DNA of 63,196 nt, filler included, from Candidatus Tectimicrobiota bacterium (GCA_016193065.1; 5 parts of 5 records of this genome joined end to end with filler, not necessarily neighbours in it); one strand, 5' to 3'; shown: positions 1 through 10,432, counted from the first letter of the whole stretch. A program made the numbers and translations. The notes: generated from the letters alone by a model not told the origin.

Positions 1-514
1 AGAAGACCGAGCAGCGCCGGCATTCGGTGCACTGGTAGAAGTAGTAGAACCACTCCTTGAGGACACCTTCGATGAGATCGCGCGCTCCGGCCAGGCCGCG
101 CAGGATCCGGCCGGCGAGCGTGAAATACCTCCGGTAGACCGAGCGCACGAGCTCGGCGCGCAGGACCGGCATGTTCTTGGGATCCCCGGAGCCCAGGTAG
201 AACTGGCACTTGTCCGCGCAGGCCCCGCAGCGCACGCAGATGTCCATGAAGAGGCGGAAAGAGCGGTACTTCTCCAGCCTCTCCTTCATCCCCTTCAGGA
301 TGATCTCTTTCCAGTTCGGGGGGAGCTTCCAGTCCTCGTCATAGGGCTGCCACTTGCGCGGGTTGGACAGTCCCAGGTATTCCAGGTGCTTGGGCAGGGC
401 GCTGTAGCAGAAGACCCCTTTGCGGAACTCCACGGCCGGATCTCGCCAGTCCTTCTCGGGGGGGCTGTAGTCGATGCGGGCGACTTCTTCGGGTTTGGGG
501 GATGGTTCCGCCAT
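1..514 (-). CDS. dsrK: DsrK, heterodisulfide-reductase-like Fe-S subunit of DsrMK(JOP); runs off the window edge
   Basis: Manual translation from ATG 514: MAEPSPKPEEVARIDY...FMDICVRCGACADKCQFYLGSGDPKNMPVLRAEL...YQCTECRRCSVF; directly follows dsrM. Confidence 0.95.
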   Translation of the reverse strand, partial: MAEPSPKPEEVARIDYSPPEKDWRDPAVEFRKGVFCYSALPKHLEYLGLSNPRKWQPYDEDWKLPPNWKEIILKGMKERLEKYRSFRLFMDICVRCGACADKCQFYLGSGDPKNMPVLRAELVRSVYRRYFTLAGRILRGLAGARDLIEGVLKEWFYYFYQCTECRRCSVF

Positions 515-517
515 GTT

Positions 518-1510
518 CTAGCCCTTCTCCAGAGGCAGCCCGGCCGTCCGGATCTTGTCCCGGAACTCCTCTTCCCACTCCTCGTAGGTGTGGACCTTGA
601 CCGGGTAGTCCCAGGGATTGACGTGTCGCTTCATGCGGTTGTTGTTGGCCAGGTTTCTCGTGGGGCTCAGAAAGACCCCCGCCATGTGCATGAGCTTGCT
701 GAAGGGGAAGTAAGCCACCAGAACGCTCAAGAGGAAAAGGTGAACAAAGAACAGCGGCCCCACTTCTTTGGGTATGACCGGTGAGAAGGTCACCAGGCCC
801 ATGGCGAGCTGCTTGGCGGCCACCGTGTCGATACGGAAGAAGTACCGCATGAGGACTCCGGCGAGGACAACCCCGAGCAGCAGGTAGAGGACGAAGTAAT
901 CGGTGAACAGGGAGACGTAGCGTACCGGGGCGTCCCTGAGCCTCCTGAACAGCAGGTAGCCGAGCCCCGCCAGAATCAGAATGTCCGTCATGTAGAGGTC
1001 CGGCACACCGATCTGGAAGAACCCGTCCAGTCCAGAGAGCAGGTTCACGAAACCGGGGATCGGTTCCAGGAAGAAGCGCAAGTGCCGCAGGAGGATGAAC
1101 AGGAAGGACCAGTGAAAGGCCAGGGCGGCAAGCCAGAGGGCCTTGTTTTCCCCGTAGACGAGCCTGGGACCCGCCCGGAGCTCCGCCCGGGTATTGCGGA
1201 AGAGGGACCGGAACAGTCCCACCTCCAGAGCCATCCGGGCCACCACACCCGCTGTGGAGTCGGGGCTCTCCAGCCATCCGGTCTTGATCCACGGCAGGGA
1301 TTTCTGCTGCCCGCAGGTGGTGGGTATGCGGAAGGGGACGGGAGAGCGGGCCCAGCCCGCGACCCTCCAGGCGACTCCCAGGAGAAAAAGAGTGAGGGCG
1401 GCATAGGGTGCCAGGACGCCGAACAGAAGTCGCAGGGGCTCGACCAGGCTCCCCAGGAAGGGGACGGCGGCCAGGACGAGCACCAGGAGGAGCGAATTCA
1501 GCGCCTGCAT
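518..1510 (-). CDS. dsrM: DsrM, membrane cytochrome b subunit
   Basis: PVPFRIPTTCGQQKSLPW, heme His motifs AFHWSF..LLRHLRFF and YFPFSKLMH, SPTRNLANNNR. Confidence 0.95.
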   Translation of the reverse strand: MQALNSLLLVLVLAAVPFLGSLVEPLRLLFGVLAPYAALTLFLLGVAWRVAGWARSPVPFRIPTTCGQQKSLPWIKTGWLESPDSTAGVVARMALEVGLFRSLFRNTRAELRAGPRLVYGENKALWLAALAFHWSFLFILLRHLRFFLEPIPGFVNLLSGLDGFFQIGVPDLYMTDILILAGLGYLLFRRLRDAPVRYVSLFTDYFVLYLLLGVVLAGVLMRYFFRIDTVAAKQLAMGLVTFSPVIPKEVGPLFFVHLFLLSVLVAYFPFSKLMHMAGVFLSPTRNLANNNRMKRHVNPWDYPVKVHTYEEWEEEFRDKIRTAGLPLEKG

Positions 1511-1516
1511 AGTCCC

Positions 1517-2032
1517 TCACCCCGCCTTTCTTCCCTGCATTCTTTCCACCAGGTACATCCTGCGCCTGGACTCGCCGGCCTGGATGGCCAGGATCTGCTC
1601 CCGGCACTTGGCGTAGAGCCCGGAGGCGAGCAGGGCCAGTTCGTCAATTCTGCCTTCCAAAGCCGTCAGCGCGTCCGCTGCTTCTTCCCCCTCTTTTCGC
1701 GCCTCTTCCCGGATGATGTTTTTCAGCAAAAAGATGAAACCCACTGCCTGGGCGGCGCTGAAATCCTGAACGGCCCGGATCCGCACGATCGTGTCCAGAA
1801 GACCCTCCAGGCGTGCTCCGTCCCTCTCCCCCAGGAGCTCGTCGAAGAGAGCCGGAAGAGCTTCCTGGAAGGCGTGGCCCACCGGATTGCGAAAGCGATC
1901 CTTCTCCCGCAGGAGAAAGCGGCGGGTGTGCTCGGGATACGTCTCCAAGGTCCGCGTGAGCCAGACCTCGACCACGGTCTTCTTCCGCGCCTTCAGTACC
2001 TCCATCAGGGAACAGTCGCCTTTGGGCTTCAT
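1517..2032 (-). CDS. dsrT: DsrT (RsbRD N-terminal-like domain)
   Basis: EKDRFRNPVG and IVRIRAVQDFSAAQAVGFIFLLK motifs; between dsrC and dsrM; start may be ATG 2005. Confidence 0.9.
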   Translation of the reverse strand: MKPKGDCSLMEVLKARKKTVVEVWLTRTLETYPEHTRRFLLREKDRFRNPVGHAFQEALPALFDELLGERDGARLEGLLDTIVRIRAVQDFSAAQAVGFIFLLKNIIREEARKEGEEAADALTALEGRIDELALLASGLYAKCREQILAIQAGESRRRMYLVERMQGRKAG

Positions 2033-2072
2033 GGCGCCTCCACCAAGTCCGTTCTCGCCTCCGGTACCTTCG

Positions 2073-2393
2073 CTAGACGCAGCCCGTGGGCTTGGGGAGG
2101 CCGGCCACCTTGCAGGCCCCCTTGGCCGGGCCGGACGGGAAGAGCTCGTAGATCTTCTTGAGCTGGAAGCCGGTCTCCTTGCAGAGCTTGCGGATCATGG
2201 GGGCGATCCTGAATTCCTGGTAGTAGGTCCGCAAGTAGCGGACCACCTTCCAGTGATCGTCCGTCATCGGCTCGATCCCTTCCTCCCGCTTGGCGATCTC
2301 GGCGGCCACATCCTCATCCCAGAGCTCCGGGTTCTGGATGAACCCGTCCTCGTCCACCTCGAATTCCTTTCCTGCCAGGACAACGGTTCCCAT
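2073..2393 (-). CDS. dsrC: DsrC sulfur carrier
   Basis: C-terminal GPAKGACKVAGLPKPTGCV with both conserved Cys (CX10C). Confidence 0.97.
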   Translation of the reverse strand: MGTVVLAGKEFEVDEDGFIQNPELWDEDVAAEIAKREEGIEPMTDDHWKVVRYLRTYYQEFRIAPMIRKLCKETGFQLKKIYELFPSGPAKGACKVAGLPKPTGCV

Positions 2394-2434
2394 CTTTGCT
2401 CCCCTTTCACATGGCGCCTTGTGAAATGGTTCCT

Positions 2435-3973
2435 TCAGCTTCCTCTTGTTTCCCCCCTCACCCCGACCCTCTCCCGCCCCTCAACCTCACCTTCCCCCCA
2501 CAGGGGAGAAGGGAGGGATGAGGGGTGAACTGCGGCAGCGCGACGGCGGTTTGCGTGCAGTCGCGCCTGTCGGACCAAAGCGCTTGCCCATTCGCGGGTC
2601 CCGCCCGCATGGAAGTGACAGAACGAAGCGAGGACGTTCTTGTACACGAGACCGTCCCGTTTCCCGTCGAATCCGTAGCCGCGCTCCATGCGGAAGGCCA
2701 TGCGGAGAGCCCCGGGCCGGGCGCCGCGCACGCGGGAGTAGCGGAATTCGTGGCCCCGCAGCACGGTCCCCGCAGCGAAAAACGGATTGGTTTCCCCCAC
2801 CTCGACCCGGGTGTATCCGTGTCCTTGCGGTCGGCTGCCCAGCTCGAAGGTCACCGGGAAGACGCCCACCATCGGTTGAGCCACGCCTTCCATCACCATG
2901 GCCTCCCCGAGATAGATCAGGCCGCCGCACTCTGCGATGACGGGGAGTCCAGCTTCGATCTCCCGCCGCAGGGCTTTCCGGAATCCGGAATTGGCCGCCA
3001 GTGTTCCCGCGTGGGTCTCGGGGTACCCCCCGCCAATGTAAAGCGCGTCCAACGGGGGAAGGTCAGGATCGGTCAGGGCATTGATCTCCACCAACGTGGC
3101 CCCAAGGCGCTCCAACGCCTCCAGGTTCTCGGGGTAATAGAAGGTGAAGGCGCTGTCTCTCACGACCCCGATCCGTACACCCCGTGCGGAACCCAACGAT
3201 TTCACCTCATTCGATTCGGATGTCCAGGTGAGGGGAGGCACGGCGGTGGCCAGAGCCCGAATGGCTTCCAGGTCCGCATGGTTTTCGACCGCCCGGCGGG
3301 CGACCGTGATCGGCAAGGCTGCCTCCCGATGTTCCGCCGGAGTGAGGAGCCCCAGGTGCCGTTCCGGAAGCTCCGTGTCCGGGAGGCGGGGAATACTTCC
3401 CAGCACGGGCAATCCGCAGATCTCCTCCACGGCCGTTCGGATCGCCGCTTCCTGACGGGGTGTGGCCACCCGGTTTAAAATGACGCCCGCCAGATGCACC
3501 TCGGGGTCCATCCGCTGGCACCCTAAAACCATGGCGGCTACAGTGCGCGTCGCTTTCGTGCAATCCACCAGGAGAACCACGGGCGCTTGCAACAGTCTGG
3601 CCAATTCGGCGGTGCTGCCGGCCGGGTACCCAGGCCCAGGGTCTGGGTGGGCGTCCAGGCCGTCGTACAGACCGTGGTTTCCCTCCACCACCAGGATGTC
3701 CGCGCCGCTGCCGTGCTCCCCTGCGGAGAAGAGAATTTGCTTCTCGGACATCAGGTAGGTATCCAAATTGCGGCACGGTCGGCCGGCAGCCAGGGTAAGC
3801 CAGGCCGGGTCAATATAATCCGGGCCTTTCTTGAACGGGGCGACCCGGATTCCCTGCGCACGCCAGGCCGCGATGATCCCCATGGTCACCAGGGTCTTGC
3901 CGGTGCCGCCTCGCAGGCTGCCGATCACCAGCCGGGGACAGGGCTGACTCTTTACTGCGGTTTCGTTGCGCAT
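2435..3973 (-). CDS. dsrN: DsrN, cobyrinate a,c-diamide synthase family (siroheme amidase)
   Basis: GGTGKT, FKKGPDYID, LPERHLGL, AECGG, GHEFRYS motifs; inside dsr operon; ATG 3973; C-terminus extended by a repeat. Confidence 0.9.
   Translation of the reverse strand: MRNETAVKSQPCPRLVIGSLRGGTGKTLVTMGIIAAWRAQGIRVAPFKKGPDYIDPAWLTLAAGRPCRNLDTYLMSEKQILFSAGEHGSGADILVVEGNHGLYDGLDAHPDPGPGYPAGSTAELARLLQAPVVLLVDCTKATRTVAAMVLGCQRMDPEVHLAGVILNRVATPRQEAAIRTAVEEICGLPVLGSIPRLPDTELPERHLGLLTPAEHREAALPITVARRAVENHADLEAIRALATAVPPLTWTSESNEVKSLGSARGVRIGVVRDSAFTFYYPENLEALERLGATLVEINALTDPDLPPLDALYIGGGYPETHAGTLAANSGFRKALRREIEAGLPVIAECGGLIYLGEAMVMEGVAQPMVGVFPVTFELGSRPQGHGYTRVEVGETNPFFAAGTVLRGHEFRYSRVRGARPGALRMAFRMERGYGFDGKRDGLVYKNVLASFCHFHAGGTREWASALVRQARLHANRRRAAAVHPSSLPSPLWGEGEVEGRERVGVRGETRGS
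2452..2525. repeat. REP-like palindromic element (CCCCTCACCCC..CCCTCTCCC..GGGGAGA), compound copy inside dsrN 3' end
   Basis: C-rich arm followed by complementary G-rich arm; related copies at 3988, 15164, 19231. Confidence 0.75.
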
Positions 3974-3987
3974 TACCCGCTCCCGGT

Positions 3988-4037
3988 CCCCCCCCACCCC
4001 ACCCTCCCCCTCGGAGGGGGGAGGGACAGGGAGGGGG
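3988..4037. repeat. REP-like palindromic element between dsrD and dsrN
   Basis: CCCCCCCCACCCCACCCTCCCCCTCGGAGGGGGGAGGGACAGGGAGGGGG; hairpin CCCTCCCCC/GGGGGAGGG. Confidence 0.75.
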
Positions 4038-4061
4038 TGAGAAAGGCATTTTCAGACAGGC

Positions 4062-4313
4062 TTAGATCTCCGTGCCCTCCTCGGGAGGTAGCTCAACGAA
4101 GCTCCCCCCGTAGTACGTATAGACGCAGCGCCCGGAATCCATGAGGCGGCGCAGGGCCTCCTTGCAGGCTTCCTTGCTGCAGCGCTCCGGGCCGAAGTGC
4201 TCCATCATGGCCTTGGTCAGGTCCGTGGGCTTGAGCTTCTTGACGCCGGTGGCTTCCTTGACCATCCGGTACATCGCTTCCGACAGCTCCTCGATCGTGA
4301 CGGGGTTCGCCAT
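4062..4313 (-). CDS. dsrD: DsrD
   Basis: 83 aa from ATG 4313 with GAGGAGG RBS; KKLKPTDL and GRCVYTYYGGSFVELP motifs; immediately after dsrB. Confidence 0.9.
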   Translation of the reverse strand: MANPVTIEELSEAMYRMVKEATGVKKLKPTDLTKAMMEHFGPERCSKEACKEALRRLMDSGRCVYTYYGGSFVELPPEEGTEI

Positions 4314-4323
4314 GGTGCCCTCC

Positions 4324-5406
4324 TCACGACTTGATGTGCACGGAACGCTGGTAGGTAAGACCGGCATGCCGGAAGTCGTCAATGTGCTGCTTGGTGAACG
4401 GGATACCGGTCTTCTGGAAGAAGCGGGGCCAGCCAATCCGCTCGATCCACTCGCCCATCCGCTCGTACTTCCGGGCATCCTTCGCCCACACCTCCACGAT
4501 GTTCTTCACCGCGGCCACCACCTCCGGCCAGCGGGGGGGATTGTTGGGCAGGTACGGGATCGCCAGTTTGGAGAACATCGGGGCATGCCGGGCGTTGCTG
4601 ACCTTTCCCCCTACCCAGATGGACACGCCGTCGTTCAGCGCGTTGCTCAAGGGCATGGCGGGGCACACCGTGTAGCAGTTGCCGCAGAACATGCACTGCT
4701 CCTCGATGACCTCCACCGTCTCTTTTCCGTTGATCCGCTTGGGGCGGATGGCTGCGGTGGGGCAGGAAGCCACCACCGTGGGGATCTCGCAGATCTTGGA
4801 GAGCTTCTCCTGGTCGACCTTCGGCGGCCGCCGGTGGATCCCCAGGATTGCAATGTCCGAGCAGTGCACCGCCCCGCACATGTTCAGGCAGCAAGCCAGC
4901 GCCAGCCGCAGCTTGGCCGGCAGCTCCATGGTCTGGAAGTGGCCGATCAGTTCGTCCATCACCGATTTTACGATCCCCGAGGCGTCGGTGGCTGCCGAGT
5001 GGCAGTGGATCCATCCCTGTGTATGGACCATGCTGGAGATGGCGTTTGCGGTTCCACCGACCGGAAAGCCTCTCGTTGTGAGCTCAATGATCAGAGGCCC
5101 CACCTTGTCCGGGTCGGTGAGCAGGAACTCGATGTTGTGGCGGCTCGTGAAGCGCAGGTAGCCGTCGCTGTAGGTGTCCGCCAGGTCGCAAAGCTCGCGG
5201 ATCGTCTGAATGCTCAAGAGCCGCGGCGTCCCGGCCCGCACCGTGTAGAGCTTGTCTCCCGATTCCGCCACATGAACCAAGACCCCGGGCTGAACGATCT
5301 CGTGGTACTTCCACTTCCCGTAGTTTGCCTTCACCACCGGGGGCAGGAACTTTTCGTAATGAGGAGGGCCGATATCGGTCTTCCGTTCCGCAACGGTGTC
5401 AGCCAT
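4324..5406 (-). CDS. dsrB: Dissimilatory sulfite reductase beta subunit
   Basis: [58 protein letters not shown]. Confidence 0.98.
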   Translation of the reverse strand: MADTVAERKTDIGPPHYEKFLPPVVKANYGKWKYHEIVQPGVLVHVAESGDKLYTVRAGTPRLLSIQTIRELCDLADTYSDGYLRFTSRHNIEFLLTDPDKVGPLIIELTTRGFPVGGTANAISSMVHTQGWIHCHSAATDASGIVKSVMDELIGHFQTMELPAKLRLALACCLNMCGAVHCSDIAILGIHRRPPKVDQEKLSKICEIPTVVASCPTAAIRPKRINGKETVEVIEEQCMFCGNCYTVCPAMPLSNALNDGVSIWVGGKVSNARHAPMFSKLAIPYLPNNPPRWPEVVAAVKNIVEVWAKDARKYERMGEWIERIGWPRFFQKTGIPFTKQHIDDFRHAGLTYQRSVHIKS

Positions 5407-5429
5407 GGCTTTCTTCTCCTTACAATTGT

Positions 5430-6650
5430 TCACCCTTCGGTCTCGCTCGCCGCTTCGGGCTCTTCTTCGAAGTACTCTTCGTAGAACACGTAGGGGTTCT
5501 CCCGGGGATGGGCCACCATTTCGGGCTTCGGCTCCAGGCCGATGGCCTCCAGGAAATTGCCCAGGCCCACGCGCTGGATGAACTCCCCGACCCGCTCCCG
5601 GCTCTTCCCTTCCTCGGACCAGAGGTCCAAGATCTTTCCCACCAGCTCCTTCAGCTCGGTGTAAGGCGGTTCCATCTTCATGAACGGCACCAGGACCGAG
5701 GAGAGCATCGCCCCCTGCACGATCGGCGCTTTCGAGCCGATGAGGATGACGGCCCCCCTCTCCTGGCCGGGGCGCAGGGCCTTGGGCATGGCGTTGATGC
5801 AGTGCATGCACTTCACGCACCACTCGTCGGCGATGCGGAGTTCCTTCCCGTTCCAGGACATGCACTGGCTGGGGCAGCGCTCGCAGACGTCGGCCTGGAT
5901 GTCGATTCCGTTTTCCGTGTACTCCTTGAGGGCGGCTTGGTCGATCTGGATCTCGTCTCTCCAGGTGCCGATGATGCTCAAGTCCGCCCGGGCGATGGCC
6001 GCCACGCAGTCGTTGGGGCACCCCGAGGCCTTGAACTTGAACTTGTAGGGGAAGGCCGGACGGTGCAGTTCGTCCTGGAAGTGCATGGTGATGTCGTAGG
6101 TGAAGTTCAGGGTGTCGTAGCAGGCCCACTCGCAGCGGGCCGGCCCGACGCAGCAGCTTGGTGTCCGGACGTCCGACCCCGACCCGCCCAGGTCAAACCC
6201 GGCCTTCGTCAGATCGGCAAACGTAGATTCCAGCTCTTCCGTGCGCGTTCCCAGCAGGATAATGTCCCCGGTAGAGCCATGGAGATTCGTAAGTCCCGAG
6301 CCGTGTCGCTCCCAGAGGTCGCAGATGGCGCGCAGGGCCTCGGTCCGATAAAACCAGCCGGCCGGCTGGTTGACCCGCAGTGTGTGGAAGTGGGCGACGT
6401 TGGGGAACTTCTCGGGGACGTCGGAATAGCGGCCGATGACGCCGCCCCCATAGCCCCGCACCCCCACGATCCCGCCGTGCTTCCAGTGGCCGACCTTCTC
6501 CTCGTACGAGAGTTCCAGAACCCCCAGGAGGTCCCGGGCCATGGGGCTTTTCGTGGCGGCCCGCTTGATCTCCCGCACAAAGCTGGGCCACGGCCCTTTC
6601 TCCAGTTCGTCCAGCTTCGGTGTCTGAGAGGGCTTGTTCTCATCACCCAT
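5430..6650 (-). CDS. dsrA: Dissimilatory sulfite reductase alpha subunit
   Basis: [26 protein letters not shown], siroheme/FeS CVGPARC..CPNDC, HPRENPY; ATG 6650 with GGAGG RBS. Confidence 0.98.
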   Translation of the reverse strand: MGDENKPSQTPKLDELEKGPWPSFVREIKRAATKSPMARDLLGVLELSYEEKVGHWKHGGIVGVRGYGGGVIGRYSDVPEKFPNVAHFHTLRVNQPAGWFYRTEALRAICDLWERHGSGLTNLHGSTGDIILLGTRTEELESTFADLTKAGFDLGGSGSDVRTPSCCVGPARCEWACYDTLNFTYDITMHFQDELHRPAFPYKFKFKASGCPNDCVAAIARADLSIIGTWRDEIQIDQAALKEYTENGIDIQADVCERCPSQCMSWNGKELRIADEWCVKCMHCINAMPKALRPGQERGAVILIGSKAPIVQGAMLSSVLVPFMKMEPPYTELKELVGKILDLWSEEGKSRERVGEFIQRVGLGNFLEAIGLEPKPEMVAHPRENPYVFYEEYFEEEPEAASETEG

Positions 6651-6685
6651 TGTTGTCTTCCTCCCTGGTGCGACGGCCTCGGGGC

Positions 6686-8365
6686 TCACACCATTTCGAT
6701 GTAGCCGCAGGGGCATTCCTCTGCGCACTTCTTGCAGCCCTGGCAAAACTCCAGCTTGAACCGGTAGGGTTGGCCCTTCTCGAAGGGCTTGATCACGGCC
6801 TGGTCCTGGCAGTACTTCCAGCAGTTGTCGCATTCGGAGCACAGGCCGCAGCTCAGGCAGCGCTTGGCTTCGGCGATGACCTGTTCGCGGGTCAGGCCCA
6901 GGTTCACTTCCCGGTCCGGGTCCTGCAAGCGCTCGTCTACCGGGACACGCTCCATCTCCGTGCGTGGCTGCTTGGGGTAATAGTCCAGCCGCATCCGGTC
7001 ATAGGTGATCACCGGAGGCGCAGGAGCGGACTCCACCGGGGTTCCTCGCAGCCGGGAGTGGATAACCTCGGCGGCGCGACGGCCATGGAAGATGGCGGTG
7101 GTGACGATTCCCAATTCCAGGACGTCGCCGCCGGCGAAGGCACCCGGCACTGTGGTTTCCCCGCGGTCGTCTACCGGGATTCCTCCACGCTCGGCTGTGA
7201 AAGACTCCAATCCGGTGAAGTCCGGCTCCTGGCTGATTGCCGCAATGATAGTACTGGCGCCCACGTAGAACTCGGAGCCCGGGATCGGTACCGGGCGGCG
7301 CCGGCCGCTGGCGTCCGGCTCTCCCAGTTCCATCCGCAGGCAGGTCAAACCCACAGCGCAGCCGTTCTCGGTCGCCACCGCGGATGGCGCTGCCAGAAAT
7401 TCGATCTGGATCCCCTCGCGCTTGGCTTCCTCCACCTCCTGCCTGATGGCGGGCATTTCCTGGATGGTTCGGCGGTAGAGGATGGTGGTTTTGGCTCCCA
7501 GGCGCGCCGCCGCGCGGGCCGCGTCCACAGCGGTGTCTCCGCCGCCCACCACGACAACCGTCTTCCCAACGTCCGGTCGCTCACCCGCGTTGACGCGGTG
7601 CAGGAACTCCACGCCGGAGAGCACGTTTGGCGCTTCATCCCCCGGAACCCCGAGGGAGAGCCCTCGGTGTGCGCCGATGCCGACGAAGATCGCCGCATAG
7701 ACCTGGCGGAGATCTTCGTAGGGCACGTCCTTCCCCACCATCGTTTCACAGCGGAGCTCCACGCCCAGGGCAAGAATCCGCGCAATTTCCGCGTCCAGGA
7801 TTTGGCGGGGCAGGCGGTAGGTCGGGATGCCGTAGCGCAGCATGCCGCCTGGCTTCGGGAACGCCTCGAACACCGTCACCGGGTAGCCGCGGCGGGCCAG
7901 TTGGTAGGAGCAGGAGAGACCGGAAGGGCCAGAACCAATTACTGCGATCTTTTCCGGGAGACGATCCTCGCTCAGGCGACGCAGCGGGAATCCTTTCTCC
8001 AGCGCAAAGTCCCCGATGAACCGCTCCAGACAATTGATCGAGGCGGGAGCATCCAAGTGATTCCGGTTGCACGCTTCCTCGCACGGGTGGGGGCAAACCC
8101 GTCCGCACACGGCCGGCAGGGGGTTTCGCTCCGCGATGATATAAAACGCCTGCTCGAAGGCCTGGTCGTACGATTTCCCGTGGGTCTCGGCCTGGGCAAT
8201 GTTGGTGAGGACGGCGCGAATGTCCGTGTGGTTCGGACAGACGTCCGAGCAAGGCGGCGTCTTGAGCACGAACTGGGGTCTGAGCGGCGAGGTTGCTCGT
8301 GCACCTGGCCCTGCGGCTATGCCGGAGAGTCCTCCGAGCTTTCGAACCTTCTTGATGACGGGCAC
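6686..8365 (-). CDS. dsrL: DsrL (DsrL-2-like) FAD/Fe-S NAD(P)H oxidoreductase
   Basis: [19 protein letters not shown], two Rossmann motifs, ILYRR motif, C-terminal ferredoxin [29 protein letters not shown]; directly upstream of dsrA. Confidence 0.92.
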   Translation of the reverse strand: MPVIKKVRKLGGLSGIAAGPGARATSPLRPQFVLKTPPCSDVCPNHTDIRAVLTNIAQAETHGKSYDQAFEQAFYIIAERNPLPAVCGRVCPHPCEEACNRNHLDAPASINCLERFIGDFALEKGFPLRRLSEDRLPEKIAVIGSGPSGLSCSYQLARRGYPVTVFEAFPKPGGMLRYGIPTYRLPRQILDAEIARILALGVELRCETMVGKDVPYEDLRQVYAAIFVGIGAHRGLSLGVPGDEAPNVLSGVEFLHRVNAGERPDVGKTVVVVGGGDTAVDAARAAARLGAKTTILYRRTIQEMPAIRQEVEEAKREGIQIEFLAAPSAVATENGCAVGLTCLRMELGEPDASGRRRPVPIPGSEFYVGASTIIAAISQEPDFTGLESFTAERGGIPVDDRGETTVPGAFAGGDVLELGIVTTAIFHGRRAAEVIHSRLRGTPVESAPAPPVITYDRMRLDYYPKQPRTEMERVPVDERLQDPDREVNLGLTREQVIAEAKRCLSCGLCSECDNCWKYCQDQAVIKPFEKGQPYRFKLEFCQGCKKCAEECPCGYIEMV

Positions 8366-8438
8366 CTGGGAGCTCTCCTTTCTATCACCCGGCTCAATTC
8401 GGCAATCGGCACACCCGTTCCCTCACGTTCTTATCCCA

Positions 8439-8454
8439 AGCAAGGACTTTGCCA
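8439..8454 (-). promoter_or_regulatory. Sigma54 (-24/-12) promoter of the dsrL-A-B operon
   Basis: Minus strand TGGCAAAGTCCTTGCT = GG-N10-GC, ~75 nt upstream of dsrL start. Confidence 0.85.
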
Positions 8455-8519
8455 GCTTGGCTCTGCGCTGGAACTGCTTGAGAAAAGTGCCCTGAGGGTT
8501 GGGGAGAGAGTCGGGACAG

Positions 8520-8566
8520 GTTACCCAAAGGTAACAGGTCATCCCTGCACGTTACCTTTCGGTAAC
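8520..8566. promoter_or_regulatory. Tandem palindromes GTTACC-N4-GGTAAC (8520-8535, 8551-8566); putative enhancer-binding-protein sites
   Basis: GTTACCCAAAGGTAAC and GTTACCTTTCGGTAAC, 31 bp apart, upstream of the sigma54 promoter. Confidence 0.8.
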
Positions 8567-8790
8567 GCGGGGGGCCATGAAACACCCAGATGCTTCAGCT
8601 TCTTCCACAAGGTCTTCCGGCTGATCCCGAGGATCCGGGCGGCCCGAGCCCGGTTTCCTTCCGTGATTTTCAGGACAGAGAGGATGTGCTCGCGCTCCGC
8701 CTCTTCCCGCACTTTCCCAAGCGACTGGTCCTGTACACCAAGAGGAAATGGCTCCATCGCCTGTGCTCTCTTTCTCATGTTGGATGCCAT
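8539..8790 (-). CDS. Stand-alone Fis-type helix-turn-helix protein (C-terminal domain of a sigma54 activator); start uncertain (8817/8790/8778/8757)
   Basis: LGKVREEAEREHILSVLKITEGNRARAARILGISRKTLWKKLK; no AAA+ domain. Confidence 0.75.
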   Translation of the reverse strand: MASNMRKRAQAMEPFPLGVQDQSLGKVREEAEREHILSVLKITEGNRARAARILGISRKTLWKKLKHLGVSWPPALPKGNVQG

Positions 8791-8905
8791 CGCAAAAAGA
8801 GAATGGACACGGGGCAAATCATGATGGCGGCCCCGCGCGGCCTGTTTTTTTTCACCTTCTTACTTATCCATCCGTGCAGACCGCGCCGGCGCCGCCATTC
8901 CGGAT

Positions 8906-10432
8906 CTACTTAATCACCGGCATCGGGAAGAGGGTTCCTCCAAACAGGAGATATGCCAGGATCAGCGTCCAGATGATGTTGAAGCCCTGGGCTCCCAGGA
9001 AAGCCACAGCCGGCCGGCCCCCTTCCATACTCGCCAGTTGGCCGAACCTCGTCTCCAAGCCGATGCAGGTAAAGGCCAGCGCAAACCACACCGTCCGCAG
9101 CCCGCCCAGTACCCCCTTGGTGGCCGAGACGGTCGTCGCAGGCAGGAAGAAGGAGAAGACGATCGAAGCCACCAGGAAGCCCAGGACGAACTTCGGGAAG
9201 CGCTCCCAGATCACCCCCGCGCTGGGCCGCTCGCCGGTCTGTGCGCCTGTCTTGAAGGCCCACCAGACCGCCAGGATGAAGGCCGCCACGCCGATCAGGA
9301 CGTTCTGGGAGAACTTGACGATTACGCCCACCTTCATGGCGGCTTCGCTGACGAGCGATCCGGCAGCCACCACGGAGCCGCTGGTGTCCAGCGTTCCTCC
9401 CAGCCAGGCCCCGCCGACCACGTCCGGGATTCCGAGGACCCTAACGATCCAGGGCATCAGGACCATCATGGGGACGGCGCACACCAAGATGATGGAGGTG
9501 GTGTAGCTGAGCTTCTTCTTATCCCCCTGGATGGCCCCGCAGGCGGCAATGGCGGCGGAGACCCCGCAAATGGAGACGCCGGTGGCCAGGATCGCCGCGA
9601 ACTCATCATCCACTCGTAGCTTCTTGGCCAGCCAGAAGCAGGTGTACCAGATCACCGAGACGACGAGAATCGCCTGAATGATCCCGTAAGCACCCGCCTG
9701 GAGGATCTCGAAGAAGAGGATCCCGGCCCCCAGGATCACCAGCCCCGTCTTGATGTAGTACTCGGTGCGGATTGCCTCCTTCAGCCACTCGGGCACTCCG
9801 AGAACGTTGCTGATGAAGAGGCCGATGATCAGCGCCCAGAGGACGTATTCCAGCCCCCAGTAGCTCACGGTGAAGTTCCCGGCAATGAACATGGAGAGCC
9901 AGGCCAGAATGTAGATCACCGGGAAGCCCAGGAGAAAGGCCCCCACCTTGCGCCCCATCAGCGCGTTGCCGATGGTGGCAAGGATGAGGAAGCCGAGCCC
10001 GATGTAGATAGACCAGAGGATGTTCCCTGAGGAGAACACCTTGCCGACCAGTTGACCTGCTGCTCCACTCACGTCCTTGCTGATCGCCCCGGCCTTCTTT
10101 TTCAAGGCGGCATCCTGCACCTTCGCGGCTCCGAGCGTCTTGGCGGCATCACCGATAGCCTTCCTGTCCTGACCCCCCATGGCAGTCCTGAGGGTCGTAG
10201 AAGCCACCAGCAGGTCCGCCTCTCCTTTCTCCCCGGCGGACTTGACGAGGGTCTCCACTGCCGGCGTGTTCTCGGAGACCATGGACATGAATTCACCATC
10301 GGTGGTCCACTTAAACGACGGCATCTTTGCCTGAACACCCAGGACAATGAGGGCAATGATGAGGAACCCGAGCCAGACCCCCATCCAGTCCTCATTCTTT
10401 AAGAGACTCAACCCCTTTTTCTCTTCCGCCAT
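8906..10432 (-). CDS. YeiH/UPF0324 family membrane protein (putative sulfate/sulfite exporter family)
   Basis: EYYIKTGLV, GVSICGVSAAIA, GAWLGGTLDTSGSV, IWERFPKFVLGF; multiple TM helices. Confidence 0.9.
   Translation of the reverse strand: MAEEKKGLSLLKNEDWMGVWLGFLIIALIVLGVQAKMPSFKWTTDGEFMSMVSENTPAVETLVKSAGEKGEADLLVASTTLRTAMGGQDRKAIGDAAKTLGAAKVQDAALKKKAGAISKDVSGAAGQLVGKVFSSGNILWSIYIGLGFLILATIGNALMGRKVGAFLLGFPVIYILAWLSMFIAGNFTVSYWGLEYVLWALIIGLFISNVLGVPEWLKEAIRTEYYIKTGLVILGAGILFFEILQAGAYGIIQAILVVSVIWYTCFWLAKKLRVDDEFAAILATGVSICGVSAAIAACGAIQGDKKKLSYTTSIILVCAVPMMVLMPWIVRVLGIPDVVGGAWLGGTLDTSGSVVAAGSLVSEAAMKVGVIVKFSQNVLIGVAAFILAVWWAFKTGAQTGERPSAGVIWERFPKFVLGFLVASIVFSFFLPATTVSATKGVLGGLRTVWFALAFTCIGLETRFGQLASMEGGRPAVAFLGAQGFNIIWTLILAYLLFGGTLFPMPVIK

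Noticed and set aside
2405-2426. TTTCACA-N8-TGTGAAA before dsrC as a Rex operator
   Set aside because: Arm order and spacing do not match TTGTGAA-N4-TTCACAA; more likely an RNA hairpin by the RBS.
6620-8824. Long antisense or alternate-frame ORFs (e.g. 734 aa here, 727 aa at 10651, 691 aa at 45570)
   Set aside because: Shadows of real genes in GC-rich DNA with no recognisable motifs.
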